IMG/VR virus record: IMGVR_UViG_2737471845_000013
DNA length: 10,195 bases
Origin: a virus
Taxonomy: Duplodnaviria > Heunggongvirae > Uroviricota > Caudoviricetes
Direction: 5' to 3' (one strand)
The notes below the pieces were generated by a model. That model searched no databases, was not told the DNA's origin, and saw only the letters and a list, made by a program, of their open reading frames with translations. A program made the position numbers and the translations under genes. Below, one piece after another: positions 1 through 9,428 of this stretch. Position 1 is the first letter of the stretch, and every line of letters begins with the position of its first letter.

Positions 1-2934
1 ATGGAGCGTCAGACTCAGGCCGCCCGGCAGACAACGCAGGCGGCTTCTTCGGCTGCAACAGCCGCATCCGTCCATGCGCAGACGGTGGAGAAGAACGCAC
101 AGGCTCATGAACGCATGGCCCGCGAGGTGGAGAAAACCCGCCAGCGCATGGAGGCGCTGAGCCAGAAAATGCGCGAGGAACAGGCGCAGGCCATGGCTCT
201 GGCGGAGGCTCAGGATAAAGCGGCTGCTGCGTTTTATCGTCAGATTGACAGTGTGAAACAGGCCAGTGCGGGACTGCAGGAATTACAGCGTATTCAGCAG
301 CAGATCCGACAGGCCAGAAACAGTGGCGGGATTGGTCAGCAGGATTATCTGGCGCTGATTTCTGAGGTTACGGCGAAAACCCGTGTTCTTACACAGGCTG
401 AGGAAGAGGCTACCCGACAGAAAGTGGCGTTTATCCGTCAGCTTAAAGAGCAGGCAACCCGCCAGAATCTTTCTTCTTCTGAGTTACTTCGTGCTAAGGC
501 TGCCCGGCTGGGGGTAAGCAGTGCTGCAGAAGTGTATATCCGCAAAATGGAGCAGGCAGGAAAAGCCACGCATTCGCTGGGGCTGAAAAGTGCAGCGGCC
601 CGCCAGGAGATAGGCGTTCTGATAGGTGAACTGGCCCGCGGCGATTTTGGGGCGCTGAGGGGATCCGGGATAACGCTGGCTAACCGTGCCGGATGGATAG
701 ACACACTGATGTCACCGAAAGGTATGATGCTTGGGGGAGTTATTGGCGGAATTGCCGCGGCTGTCTATGGTCTGGGTAAAGCCTGGTATGACGGTCAGAA
801 GGAGGGGGAAGAATTTAACCGCCAGCTGACGCTGACGGGGCATTATGCCGGAGTCACTGCCGGGCAGCTGTGGACGCTCAGTCGTGCTATTTCCGGGAAT
901 GGTATCACGCAACATGCTGCAGCCGGTGCGCTGGCACAGGTGGTGGGTAGTGGCGCATTTCGTGGAAACGATATCGGTATGGTGGCGAGAGCTGCCGCAC
1001 AGATGGAGCGATCGGTTGGCCAGTCGGTCAGCGATACCATAAATCAGTTTAAGCGGCTGAAGGATGATCCTGTAAATGCCGCGAAGGCTCTGGACAATGA
1101 GCTGCATTTTCTTACCGCCACTCAGCTCGAGCAGATACGTGTCCTTGGGGAACAGGGGCGGTCAAGTGATGCTGCCCGGATAGCCATGTCGGCACTGGCA
1201 GAGGAAACCGGCCGGCGTACATCGGATATTGATAATAACCTCAATGCGCTGGGAAGTACGCTACAGACACTGACCGACTGGTGGAATCTTTTCTGGGATG
1301 CGGCAATGAACATTGGCCGGGAGGATTCTCTTGATGCGCAGATTGCAGCACTGCAGGAAAAAATTCAGCGAGCAAAGAAATTTCCGTGGACGAACGCGTC
1401 CACCACGGTGGAATACGATCAGCAACAGCTGGATGAGCTGCAAGAGCGAAAGCGCCAGCAGGATTTGCAGGATGCAAAAGATCAGGCAGAGCGGAATTAT
1501 CAGGAGCAACAGAAACGCCGTAATGCTGAAAATGCTGCACTGAACCGGATGAATGAAACGGAAGCCGCACGACATCAGCGTGAAATTGCGCGTATTAATG
1601 CCATGCAGTACGCCGACCAGGCTGTCAGGGATGCGGCGATACAACGTGAAAATGAACGTCACGAGAAAGCCCTTGCGTCCGGCAAGAAAAAAACACGCGC
1701 CCCCCGTAATGATGAGGCCACCCGGTTATTGCTGCAGTACAGTCAGCAACAGGCACAGGTGGAAGGGCAGATTGCTGCTGCCAGACAATCAGCAGGCATT
1801 TCCACTGAAAAGATGACAGAAGCACATAAACAGCTTCTGGCTCTGCAGCAGCGCATCAGCGACCTGGACGGGAAAAAACTGACGGCAGATGAAAAGAGTG
1901 TTCTGGCCCGTAAAGATGAACTGATTCAGGCACTGACGCTGCTGGATGTAAAACAGCAGGAGCTTCAGAAACAGACGGCACTCAACGAGCTGAAGAAAAA
2001 AACAATTCAGCTGAGCAGTCAACTGGCTGAAGAAGAGCGCGCTCAGCGTCAGCAACATGACCTGGATATCGCCACGACAGGGATGGGGGATAAACAGCGT
2101 CAGCGATACCAGACACAGTTCAGTCTGCAACAAAAATATCAGCAGAAGCTGGAACAGCTGGAGCGTGACAGTAGGCAGAAAGGAACATTCGGCACGGATG
2201 AATACCGGAACGCAGAACAAACACTGACAGACAGTCTTAACCGACAACTGAACGAAAACAGACGCTACTGGCAGGAGCAGGAATTGATGCAGGCAGACTG
2301 GAAAAACGGTGCCATGCGGGCATTTCAGAATTTTACAGAGAATGCGGATAACACGGCGGGAACTGTGGAACAGCTGTTTACCTCTGCCTTCAGCGGTATG
2401 GGAAATAGTCTGGCAACCTTTGTGACTACCGGCAAGTTCAGCTTCAAGTCTTTTACTTCATCAGTGCTGTCAGATATGGCGAAAATTTTGGCGCAGGCAA
2501 CCATGATGAAGGCTGTCAAAGGGATTGGTAGTGCACTGGGGATGGGTTCTGTTCTCGGCAGCCTTTCCCTTAATGCTGATGGTGGTGTTTATCAGTCTGC
2601 CGATTTGAGTCGCTACAGTGGTTCTGTAGTTAACCGTCCGACGTTTTTTGCTTTTGCAAAAGGCGCGGGTGTGATGGGGGAAGCGGGGCCTGAAGCCATT
2701 CTGCCACTGCGTCGTGGTGCCGATGGTAAGCTGGGTGTTGTGGCGGATATTGGTGGTTCAGGTATCGCGATGTTTGCCCCGCAGTACAACATTGAGATCA
2801 ATAACGACGGCACGAACGGGCAGATAGGTCCGGCTGCCCTGAAGGTGGTTTATGACCTCGGGAAAAAAGCGGCAGCGGACTTTATGCAACAGCAGGCCCG
2901 TGATGGTGGTCAGTTAAGTGGAGCATATCGGTAA
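1..2934 (+). CDS. H: Phage tail tape measure protein (lambda gpH family); 5' end may be truncated by the window edge
   Basis: 977-aa ORF ending in TAA at 2932-2934. The C-terminal stretch (INNDGTNGQIGPAALKVVYDLGKK...RDGGQLSGAYR) closely matches the lambda gpH C-terminus as I recall it; the N-terminal part is a long Q/A/R/E-rich predicted coiled-coil typical of tape measure proteins. It sits directly upstream of M-L-K-I-J as in lambda. The ORF begins at base 1 with ATG, so whether this is the true start cannot be decided from the window. Confidence 0.9.
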   Translation: MERQTQAARQTTQAASSAATAASVHAQTVEKNAQAHERMAREVEKTRQRMEALSQKMREEQAQAMALAEAQDKAAAAFYRQIDSVKQASAGLQELQRIQQQIRQARNSGGIGQQDYLALISEVTAKTRVLTQAEEEATRQKVAFIRQLKEQATRQNLSSSELLRAKAARLGVSSAAEVYIRKMEQAGKATHSLGLKSAAARQEIGVLIGELARGDFGALRGSGITLANRAGWIDTLMSPKGMMLGGVIGGIAAAVYGLGKAWYDGQKEGEEFNRQLTLTGHYAGVTAGQLWTLSRAISGNGITQHAAAGALAQVVGSGAFRGNDIGMVARAAAQMERSVGQSVSDTINQFKRLKDDPVNAAKALDNELHFLTATQLEQIRVLGEQGRSSDAARIAMSALAEETGRRTSDIDNNLNALGSTLQTLTDWWNLFWDAAMNIGREDSLDAQIAALQEKIQRAKKFPWTNASTTVEYDQQQLDELQERKRQQDLQDAKDQAERNYQEQQKRRNAENAALNRMNETEAARHQREIARINAMQYADQAVRDAAIQRENERHEKALASGKKKTRAPRNDEATRLLLQYSQQQAQVEGQIAAARQSAGISTEKMTEAHKQLLALQQRISDLDGKKLTADEKSVLARKDELIQALTLLDVKQQELQKQTALNELKKKTIQLSSQLAEEERAQRQQHDLDIATTGMGDKQRQRYQTQFSLQQKYQQKLEQLERDSRQKGTFGTDEYRNAEQTLTDSLNRQLNENRRYWQEQELMQADWKNGAMRAFQNFTENADNTAGTVEQLFTSAFSGMGNSLATFVTTGKFSFKSFTSSVLSDMAKILAQATMMKAVKGIGSALGMGSVLGSLSLNADGGVYQSADLSRYSGSVVNRPTFFAFAKGAGVMGEAGPEAILPLRRGADGKLGVVADIGGSGIAMFAPQYNIEINNDGTNGQIGPAALKVVYDLGKKAAADFMQQQARDGGQLSGAYR

Positions 2935-3263
2935 TGGAGACGTTTCACTGGAAAGTACGTCCGGATATGAATGTCGTATCAGAGCCAAAGGTAGTGACAG
3001 TGAAGCTTGGCGATGGTTATGAACAACGTCGTGCGGCGGGGCTGAATAACCAGCTGTCGACTTACAGCGTGACGATACGTGTTCGTAAATGTGAACACCA
3101 GTCTTTAAAAGCCTTTCTGGAACAGCACGGTGGCGTCCGTGCATTTCAGTGGACGCCACCTTATGACTGGAAGCCGATCAGGGTGGTTTGTCGTAAATGG
3201 TCGGCAAGCGTAGGGGCGCTGTGGGTAACCATAACGGCAGATTTTGAACAGGTCGTGGCATAG
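2934..3263 (+). CDS. M: Tail tip protein M (lambda gpM family)
   Basis: 109 aa, the same length as lambda gpM; recognisable similarity along the whole protein (MxTFxWKVxP...GDGYxQR...TYSVT...FLExHGG...WTPPYxW...FEQVV). Its ATG (2934-2936) overlaps the H stop codon in a TAATG arrangement. Confidence 0.92.
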   Translation: METFHWKVRPDMNVVSEPKVVTVKLGDGYEQRRAAGLNNQLSTYSVTIRVRKCEHQSLKAFLEQHGGVRAFQWTPPYDWKPIRVVCRKWSASVGALWVTITADFEQVVA

Positions 3264-3272
3264 GAGACTCTG

Positions 3273-3971
3273 ATGCAGGACATACAGCAGGAAACACTGA
3301 ATGAATGCATCCGTGCGGAGCAGTCGGCCAGCGTGGTGCTCTGGGAAATCGACCTGACAGAGGTCGGTGGAGAACGTTATTTTTTCTGTAATGAGCAGAA
3401 CGAAAAAGGTGAGCCGGTCACCTGGCAGGGGCGTCAGTATCAGGCATACCCCATTCAGGGGACGGGATTTGAACTGAACGGCAAGGGCAGTACTGCCCGT
3501 CCGACACTGACGGTCTCTAACCTGTACGGTATGGTCACCGGTATGGTGGAGGATTTGCAGAGTCTGGTCGGCGGAACGGTGGTCCGGCGTAAGGTTTACG
3601 CCCGTTTTCTGGATGCGGTGAACTTCGTCAACGGAAACAGTGACGCCGATCCGGAGCAGGAGGTGATCAGCCGCTGGCGCATCGAGCAGTGCAGCGAACT
3701 GAGCGCGGTGAGTGCCTCTTTTGTACTGTCCACGCCGACGGAAACGGACGGCGCTGTTTTTCCGGGGCGTATCATGCTGGCCAACACCTGCACCTGGACC
3801 TATCGCGGTGATGAGTGCGGTTATCACGGTCCGGCAGTCGCGGATGAATATGACCAGCTGACGTCCGATATCACGAAGGATAAATGCAGCAAATGCCTGA
3901 GCGGCTGTAAGTTTCGCAATAACGTCGGCAACTTTGGCGGCTTCCTTTCCATTAACAAACTTTCGCAGTAA
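3273..3971 (+). CDS. L: Tail tip protein L (lambda gpL family), with a C-terminal cysteine cluster
   Basis: 232 aa, the same length as lambda gpL. AGGAG at 3262-3266 lies 6 nt upstream of the ATG. The C-terminal region carries clustered cysteines (CTWTYRGDECGY ... CSKCLSGC), consistent with the Fe-S cluster motif reported for gpL. Confidence 0.92.
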   Translation: MQDIQQETLNECIRAEQSASVVLWEIDLTEVGGERYFFCNEQNEKGEPVTWQGRQYQAYPIQGTGFELNGKGSTARPTLTVSNLYGMVTGMVEDLQSLVGGTVVRRKVYARFLDAVNFVNGNSDADPEQEVISRWRIEQCSELSAVSASFVLSTPTETDGAVFPGRIMLANTCTWTYRGDECGYHGPAVADEYDQLTSDITKDKCSKCLSGCKFRNNVGNFGGFLSINKLSQ

Positions 3972-3975
3972 ACCC

Positions 3976-4719
3976 ATGACAGAAACAGAATCAGCGATTC
4001 TGGCGCACGCCCGGCGATGTGCGCCAGCGGAGTCGTGCGGCTTCGTGGTGAGAGCGCCGGAGGGGGAAAGATATTTTCCCTGCATGAATATTTCCGGTGA
4101 GCCGGAGGGTTATTTCCGGATGTCGCCGGAAGACTGGCTGCAGGCAGAAATGCAGGGTGAGATTGTGGCACTGGTCCACAGCCACCCCGGTGGTCTGCCC
4201 TGGCTGAGTGAGGCCGACCGGCGGCTGCAGGTGCAGAGTGATTTGCCGTGGTGGCTGGTCTGCCGGGGGACGATTCATAAGTTCCGCTGTGTGCCGCATC
4301 TCACCGGGCGGCGCTTTGAGCACGGGGTGACGGACTGTTACACGCTGTTCCGGGACGCTTACCATCTGGCGGGAATTGAGATGCCGGACTTTCATCGTGA
4401 GGATGACTGGTGGCGTCACGGCCAGAATCTCTATCTGGATAATCTGGAGGCCACAGGGCTGTATCAGGTGCCGTTGTCCTCAGCACAACCGGGCGATGTG
4501 CTGCTGTGCTGCTTTGGTTCATCGGTGCCGAATCATGCCGCCATTTACTGTGGTGATGGCGAGCTGCTGCACCATATTCCTGAACAACTGAGCAAACGAG
4601 AGAGGTACACCGACAAATGGCAGCGACGCACACACTCCCTCTGGCGTCACCGGGCATGGCACGCATCTGCCTTTACGGGGATTTACAACGATTTGGCCGC
4701 CGCATCGACCTTCGGGTGA
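3976..4719 (+). CDS. K: Tail tip assembly protein K (lambda gpK family); JAB/MPN metalloprotease-like N-terminal domain plus NlpC/P60-like C-terminal domain
   Basis: The ORF is open from 3934, but the ATG at 3976 (5 nt after the L stop) gives the N-terminus MTETESAILAHARRCAPAESCGFVV, which matches the gpK family. A JAMM-like HSHPGG...S..D motif is encoded around 4177-4215, and an NlpC/P60-like Cys (DCY, Cys codon 4336-4338) and downstream His are present. The 3' end overlaps gene I by 103 nt in a different frame, as in lambda. The exact start is uncertain (alternative in-frame ATGs at 3934 and 4120). Confidence 0.85.
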   Translation: MTETESAILAHARRCAPAESCGFVVRAPEGERYFPCMNISGEPEGYFRMSPEDWLQAEMQGEIVALVHSHPGGLPWLSEADRRLQVQSDLPWWLVCRGTIHKFRCVPHLTGRRFEHGVTDCYTLFRDAYHLAGIEMPDFHREDDWWRHGQNLYLDNLEATGLYQVPLSSAQPGDVLLCCFGSSVPNHAAIYCGDGELLHHIPEQLSKRERYTDKWQRRTHSLWRHRAWHASAFTGIYNDLAAASTFG

Positions 4720-5258
4720 AAACGGGAGCCGAAGCCATCCGGGCTCTGGCCACACAGCTCCCGGCGTTTCGTCAGAAACTGAGCGACGGCTGGTATCAGA
4801 TACGGATTGCCGGGCGTGATACAGGTGAAAACGAATTATCAGCCCGTCTGAATGAGCCACTGGAAAATGGTGCCGTGATCCACATCGTACCGCGTCTGGC
4901 GGGTGCTAAAAGTGGCGGTATTTTTCAGGCAGTGCTGGGGGCGGCTGTTATGGCAGTTGCTATATGGATGCCAGGAGTAGGAATTATGGCGAGTAATCTG
5001 CTGTTTTCTCTCGGTGCCAGTATGACACTGGGTGGTGTTGCACAGATGCTGGCACCGAAAGCCAGAACTCCCCGAACACAGACAACGGATAACGGCAAAC
5101 AGAACACCTATTTTTCTTCACTGGATAACATGGTTGCCCAGGGCAATGTTCTGCCTGTTCTGTACGGTGAAATGCGCGTGGGGTCACGTGTGGTATCTCA
5201 GGAAATCAGCACGGCAGACGAAGGGGACGGTGGTCAGGTTGTGGTGATTGGTCGCTGA
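4617..5258 (+). CDS. I: Tail tip assembly protein I (lambda gpI family); ubiquitin-like N-terminal domain
   Basis: 213 aa. The N-terminus (MAATHTLPLASPGMARICLYGDLQRFGRRIDLRVKTGAEAIRALATQLPAFRQKLSDGWYQ) and C-terminus (TDNGKQNTYFSSLDNMVAQGNVLPVLYGEMRVGSRVVSQEISTADEGDGGQVVVIGR) are essentially the lambda gpI sequence as recalled; the central hydrophobic segment differs. The start lies inside the 3' end of K. Confidence 0.9.
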   Translation: MAATHTLPLASPGMARICLYGDLQRFGRRIDLRVKTGAEAIRALATQLPAFRQKLSDGWYQIRIAGRDTGENELSARLNEPLENGAVIHIVPRLAGAKSGGIFQAVLGAAVMAVAIWMPGVGIMASNLLFSLGASMTLGGVAQMLAPKARTPRTQTTDNGKQNTYFSSLDNMVAQGNVLPVLYGEMRVGSRVVSQEISTADEGDGGQVVVIGR

Positions 5259-5318
5259 GGCAAAATGTTTTATGTGAAACCGCCTCCGGGAGGTTTTGTC
5301 GTTTATGGAGCATGACGA

Positions 5319-8300
5319 ATGGGTAAAGGCAGCAGTAAGGGGCATACCCCGCGCGAAGCGAAGGACAACCTGAAATCCACGCAGTTGCTGAGTGTGATCG
5401 ATGCCATAAGTGAAGGGCCGGTTGAAGGTCCGGTGGATGGATTAAAAAGCGTGCTGCTGAACAGTACGCCGGTGCTGGACAGTGAGGGGAATACCAACAT
5501 ATCCGGTGTCACGGTGGTGTTCCGGGCAGGAGAGCAGGAGCAGACACCGCCGGAGGGATTTGAATCCTCCGGCTCCGAGACGGTGCTGGGTACGGAAGTG
5601 AAATACGACACGCCGATCACCCGGACCATCACGTCGGCAAACATTGACCGACTGCGTTTTACCTTCGGCGTGCAGGCACTGGTGGAAACCACCTCAAAGG
5701 GGGACAGGAATCCATCGGAAGTCCGCCTGCTGGTTCAGATACAACGTAACGGTGGCTGGGTGACGGAAAAAGACATCACCATTAAGGGTAAAACCACTTC
5801 ACAGTATCTGGCCTCGGTGGTGGTGGATAACCTGCCGCCGCGCCCGTTTAATATCCGGATGCGCAGGATGACGCCGGACAGCACCACAGACCAGCTGCAG
5901 AACAAAACGCTCTGGTCGTCATACACCGAAATCATCGATGTGAAACAGTGCTACCCGAACACGGCACTGGTTGGCGTGCAGGTGGACTCGGAGCAGTTTG
6001 GCAGTCAGCAGGTGAGCCGTAATTATCATCTTCGCGGGCGTATTCTGCAGGTGCCGTCGAATTATAACCCGCAGACGCGGCAATACAGCGGTATCTGGGA
6101 CGGAACGTTCAAGCCAGCGTACAGCGACAACATGGCCTGGTGTCTGTGGGATATGCTGACCCATCCGCGCTACGGCATGGGAAAACGTCTTGGTGCGGCA
6201 GATGTGGATAAATGGGCGCTGTATGTCATCGGCCAGTACTGCGACCAGTCGGTGCCGGACGGCTTTGGCAGCACGGAGCCGCGCATCACCTGTAATGCCT
6301 GGCTGACCACACAGCGTAAGGCCTGGGATGTGCTCAGTGATTTCTGCTCGGCGATGCGCTGTATGCCGGTATGGAACGGGCAGACGCTGACGTTCGTGCA
6401 GGACCGGCCGTCGGATAAGGCGTGGACCTATAACCGCAGTAATGTGGTGATGCCGGATGATGGCGCGCCGTTCCGCTACAGCTTCAGCGCCCTGAAGGAC
6501 CGCCATAATGCTGTTGAGGTGAACTGGATTGACCCGAACAACGGCTGGGAGACGGCGACGGAGCTGGTTGAAGATACGCAGGCCATTGCCCGTTACGGTC
6601 GTAATGTCACGAAGATGGATGCCTTTGGCTGTACCAGCCGGGGGCAGGCACACCGCGCCGGGCTGTGGCTGATTAAAACAGAACTGCTGGAAACGCAGAC
6701 CGTGGATTTCAGCGTCGGCGCAGAAGGGCTTCGCCATGTACCGGGCGATGTCATTGAAATCTGTGATGATGACTATGCCGGTATCAGCACCGGCGGGCGC
6801 GTGCTGGCGGTGAACAGCCAGACCCGGACGCTGACGCTCGACCGTGAAATCACGCTGCCATCCTCCGGTACCACGCTGATAAGCCTGGTTGACGGAAGTG
6901 GCAATCCGGTCAGCGTGGAGGTCCGGTCCGTCACCGACGGCGTGAAGATAAAAGTGAGCCGTGTTCCTGACGGTGTTGCTGAATACAGCGTATGGGGGCT
7001 GAAGCTGCCGACGCTGCGCCAGCGACTGTTCCGCTGCGTGAGTATCCGTGAGAACGACGACGGCACGTATGCCATCACCGCCGTGCAGCATGTGCCGGAA
7101 AAAGAGGCCATCGTGGATAACGGGGCGCACTTTGACGGCGACCAGAGTGGCACGGTGAACGGTGTCACGCCGCCAGCGGTGCAGCACCTGACCGCAGAAG
7201 TCACTGCAGACTGCGGGGAATATCAGGTGCTGGCGCGATGGGACACGCCGAAGGTGGTGAAGGGCGTGAACTTCCTGCTCCGTCTGACCGTAACAGCGGA
7301 CGACGGCAGTGAGCGGCTGGTCAGCACGGCCCGGACGACGGAAACCACATACCGCTTCACGCAACTGGCGCTGGGGCGTTACACGCTGACGGTCCGGGCG
7401 GTAAATGCGTGGGGACAGCAGGGCGATCCGGCATCGGTATCGTTCCGGATTGCCGCACCGGCAGCACCGTCGCGGATTGAGCTGACACCGGGGTATTTTC
7501 AGATAACCGCCACGCCGCATCTTGCGGTTTATGATCCGACGGTACAGTTTGAATTCTGGTTCTCGGAAAAGCGGATTGCGGATATCAGGCAGGTTGAAAC
7601 CAGCGCGCGCTATCTTGGCACGGGGATGTACTGGATAGCCGCCAGTATCAATATCAAACCGGGCCATGATTATTACTTTTATATCCGCAGTGTGAACACC
7701 GTTGGCAAATCGGCATTTGTGGAGGCCGTCGGTCGGGCGAGCGATGATGCGGAAGGTTATCTGAATTTTTATAAAGGGTTGATCAATAAAACGCATCTCG
7801 GCAAGGAACTGCTGGAAAACTTTGAGCTGACGGAAGATAACGCCAGCAAACTGGAGGAGTTTTCGAAAGAGTGGAAGGACGCCAACGATAAATGGAATGC
7901 CATGTGGGGCGTCAAAATTGAGCAGACCGAGGACGGCAAACATTATGTCGCGGGTATTGGCCTCAGCATGGAGGACACTGAGGAAGGCAAACTGAGCCAG
8001 TTTCTGGTTGCCGCCAATCGTATCGCGTTTATTGACCCGGCAAACGGGAATGAAACGCCGATGTTTGTGGCGCAGGGCAATCAGATATTCATGAACGACG
8101 TGTTCCTGAAGCGCCTGACGGCCCCCACCATTACCAGCGGTGGCAGTCCTCCGGCATTTTCCCTGACATCGGACGGAAAGCTGACCGCTAAAAATGCGGA
8201 TATCAGTGGCAGTGTGAATGCGAACTCAGGAACGCTCAACAATGTCACGATAAATGAGAACTGTACGATTAAGGGCATGCTGGAGGCGACCCAGGTCAGA

Positions 8301-8732
8301 GGGGATTTCGTTAAAGCTGTATCAAAAGCCTTCCCGAAAAAAGTCGGTACGTGGGGTAACACGGAAACACCAGACGGTACGGTTACAGTCACCATCAGCG
8401 ATGATCATAACTTTGACCGCCAGATTATTATTCCGCCCATTATTTTTAACGGTATAGCGTATGACGATCCGGGGAGCGGAAATAACCCAGGAGGCACGCG
8501 ATACACGGGTTATGGTTTTGAAGTTCGCAAAAACGGCGTATTAATCGCATCCAGAGAAACTAAAGGGGCCATTCCCGGTAGCTACAGTGCGGTTATTGAT
8601 ATGCCTAGTGGTGGTGGTAGCGTCACTCTGGAGTTTAAGATTTTCCAGAAAGGCAATCAGGGGGCAGGCAATATCACCGACTGTACGGTGATTGTGACCA
8701 AAAAAGCGGCTTCCGGCATCAGTATTCGTTGA
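5319..8732 (+). CDS. J: Host specificity protein J / central tail fibre (lambda gpJ family)
   Basis: 1137 aa (lambda gpJ is 1132 aa). GGAG at 5307-5310 lies 8 nt upstream of the ATG. The N-terminus ([34 protein letters not shown]) and most of the protein through the fibronectin-III-like repeats are recognisably gpJ. The last ~150 residues look diverged from my recollection of lambda J. Confidence 0.93.
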   Translation: MGKGSSKGHTPREAKDNLKSTQLLSVIDAISEGPVEGPVDGLKSVLLNSTPVLDSEGNTNISGVTVVFRAGEQEQTPPEGFESSGSETVLGTEVKYDTPITRTITSANIDRLRFTFGVQALVETTSKGDRNPSEVRLLVQIQRNGGWVTEKDITIKGKTTSQYLASVVVDNLPPRPFNIRMRRMTPDSTTDQLQNKTLWSSYTEIIDVKQCYPNTALVGVQVDSEQFGSQQVSRNYHLRGRILQVPSNYNPQTRQYSGIWDGTFKPAYSDNMAWCLWDMLTHPRYGMGKRLGAADVDKWALYVIGQYCDQSVPDGFGSTEPRITCNAWLTTQRKAWDVLSDFCSAMRCMPVWNGQTLTFVQDRPSDKAWTYNRSNVVMPDDGAPFRYSFSALKDRHNAVEVNWIDPNNGWETATELVEDTQAIARYGRNVTKMDAFGCTSRGQAHRAGLWLIKTELLETQTVDFSVGAEGLRHVPGDVIEICDDDYAGISTGGRVLAVNSQTRTLTLDREITLPSSGTTLISLVDGSGNPVSVEVRSVTDGVKIKVSRVPDGVAEYSVWGLKLPTLRQRLFRCVSIRENDDGTYAITAVQHVPEKEAIVDNGAHFDGDQSGTVNGVTPPAVQHLTAEVTADCGEYQVLARWDTPKVVKGVNFLLRLTVTADDGSERLVSTARTTETTYRFTQLALGRYTLTVRAVNAWGQQGDPASVSFRIAAPAAPSRIELTPGYFQITATPHLAVYDPTVQFEFWFSEKRIADIRQVETSARYLGTGMYWIAASINIKPGHDYYFYIRSVNTVGKSAFVEAVGRASDDAEGYLNFYKGLINKTHLGKELLENFELTEDNASKLEEFSKEWKDANDKWNAMWGVKIEQTEDGKHYVAGIGLSMEDTEEGKLSQFLVAANRIAFIDPANGNETPMFVAQGNQIFMNDVFLKRLTAPTITSGGSPPAFSLTSDGKLTAKNADISGSVNANSGTLNNVTINENCTIKGMLEATQVRGDFVKAVSKAFPKKVGTWGNTETPDGTVTVTISDDHNFDRQIIIPPIIFNGIAYDDPGSGNNPGGTRYTGYGFEVRKNGVLIASRETKGAIPGSYSAVIDMPSGGGSVTLEFKIFQKGNQGAGNITDCTVIVTKKAASGISIR

Positions 8733-8754
8733 AATATTTATAACCCCAATAAAT

Positions 8755-8777
8755 GGCGTCAGGAATGACGCCTTTTT
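8755..8777 (+). terminator. Intrinsic (Rho-independent) terminator downstream of J
   Basis: Perfect 7-bp inverted repeat GGCGTCA (8755-8761) / TGACGCC (8766-8772) with a GGAA loop, followed by TTTTT (8773-8777); it begins 23 nt after the J stop. Confidence 0.7.
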
Positions 8778-8802
8778 GATTGCAGAAAAGCGAGAGGTAA
8801 TT

Positions 8803-9402
8803 ATGCGTAAAGTTTGTGCAGCCATTTTGTCCGCAGCCATTTGTCTGGCCGTATCCGGTGCGCCTGCATGGGCGTCTGAACATCAGTCCACGCTGAGCGC
8901 GGGGTATCTTCATGCCCGGACCAACGTTCCCGGCAGTGATGATCTGAACGGGATTAACGTGAAATATCGTTATGAGTTTACGGATACGCTGGGGCTGGTG
9001 ACGTCATTCAGCTATGCAGGAGACAAGAATCGCCAGCTGACCCGTTACAGCGATACCCGCTGGCATGAAGATTCCGTGCGTAACCGCTGGTTCAGCGTGA
9101 TGGCGGGGCCGTCTGTGCGCGTGAATGAATGGTTCAGCGCGTATGCGATGGCGGGTGTGGCTTACAGCCGTGTGTCGACTTTCTCCGGGGATTATCTTCG
9201 CGTAACTGACAACAAGGGGAAAACGCACGATGTACTGACCGGAAGTGATGACGGTCGCCACAGCAACACGTCTCTGGCGTGGGGAGCTGGCGTGCAGTTT
9301 AACCCGACCGAATCCGTGGCCATTGATATTGCTTATGAAGGCTCCGGCAGTGGCGACTGGCGCTCTGACGGTTTCATCGTGGGTGTCGGTTATAAGTTCT
9401 GA
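8803..9402 (+). CDS. lom: Lom outer membrane protein (Ail/Lom/OmpX-family beta-barrel), a prophage moron
   Basis: GAGAGG at 8792-8797 lies 5 nt upstream of the ATG at 8803 (the ORF track's 8776 start is a TTG inside the terminator T-run). The N-terminus is a typical signal peptide (MRKVCAAILSAAICLAVSGAPAWA/SEHQ). The body and C-terminus (INVKYRYE...SVMAGP...SAYAMAGVA...AWGAGVQFNP...IDIAYEGSGSGDWRSDGFIVGVGYKF) match lambda Lom and end in the aromatic residue typical of outer-membrane beta-barrels. Confidence 0.93.
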   Translation: MRKVCAAILSAAICLAVSGAPAWASEHQSTLSAGYLHARTNVPGSDDLNGINVKYRYEFTDTLGLVTSFSYAGDKNRQLTRYSDTRWHEDSVRNRWFSVMAGPSVRVNEWFSAYAMAGVAYSRVSTFSGDYLRVTDNKGKTHDVLTGSDDGRHSNTSLAWGAGVQFNPTESVAIDIAYEGSGSGDWRSDGFIVGVGYKF

Positions 9403-9428
9403 TTAGCCAGGTAACACAGTGTTATGAC

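Noticed and set aside
1241-2247. Several 100-150-aa minus-strand ORFs inside the tape measure gene
   Set aside because: All are antisense to H, with Leu/Cys/Phe-rich translations typical of the reverse complement of a Q/E/A-rich coding sequence; no independent support.
3934-3975. Upstream ATG at 3934 giving a longer K (261 aa) that overlaps the end of L
   Set aside because: The extension (MAASFPLTNFRSKP) is simply the L 3' end read in another frame and has no counterpart in the gpK family; the ATG at 3976 gives the conserved N-terminus.
3105-4085. 326-aa ORF on the minus strand spanning M, L and the K start
   Set aside because: It is antisense to three well-supported tail genes, with Arg-rich low-complexity translation and no similarity to any protein family I recognise; judged a frame artefact.
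5277-5298. Short hairpin plus T-run in the I-J intergenic region that could be an attenuator or terminator
   Set aside because: The stem is only 4-5 bp (CCTC/GAGG with a 3-nt loop and one G-U pair) and the segment overlaps the J ribosome-binding region; too weak to call a terminator, and none is expected between I and J in lambda.
5919-7943. 674-aa ORF on the minus strand inside J
   Set aside because: It lies entirely antisense to the strongly supported J gene; its translation is Arg/Pro/His-rich low-complexity sequence with no recognisable domain and no ribosome-binding-site context. This is the typical spurious antisense ORF of a GC-rich coding region.
8776-8802. Upstream TTG start for lom proposed by the ORF track
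   Set aside because: The TTG lies within the terminator T-run and has no ribosome-binding site; the ATG at 8803 is preceded by GAGAGG at ideal spacing and begins a canonical signal peptide.
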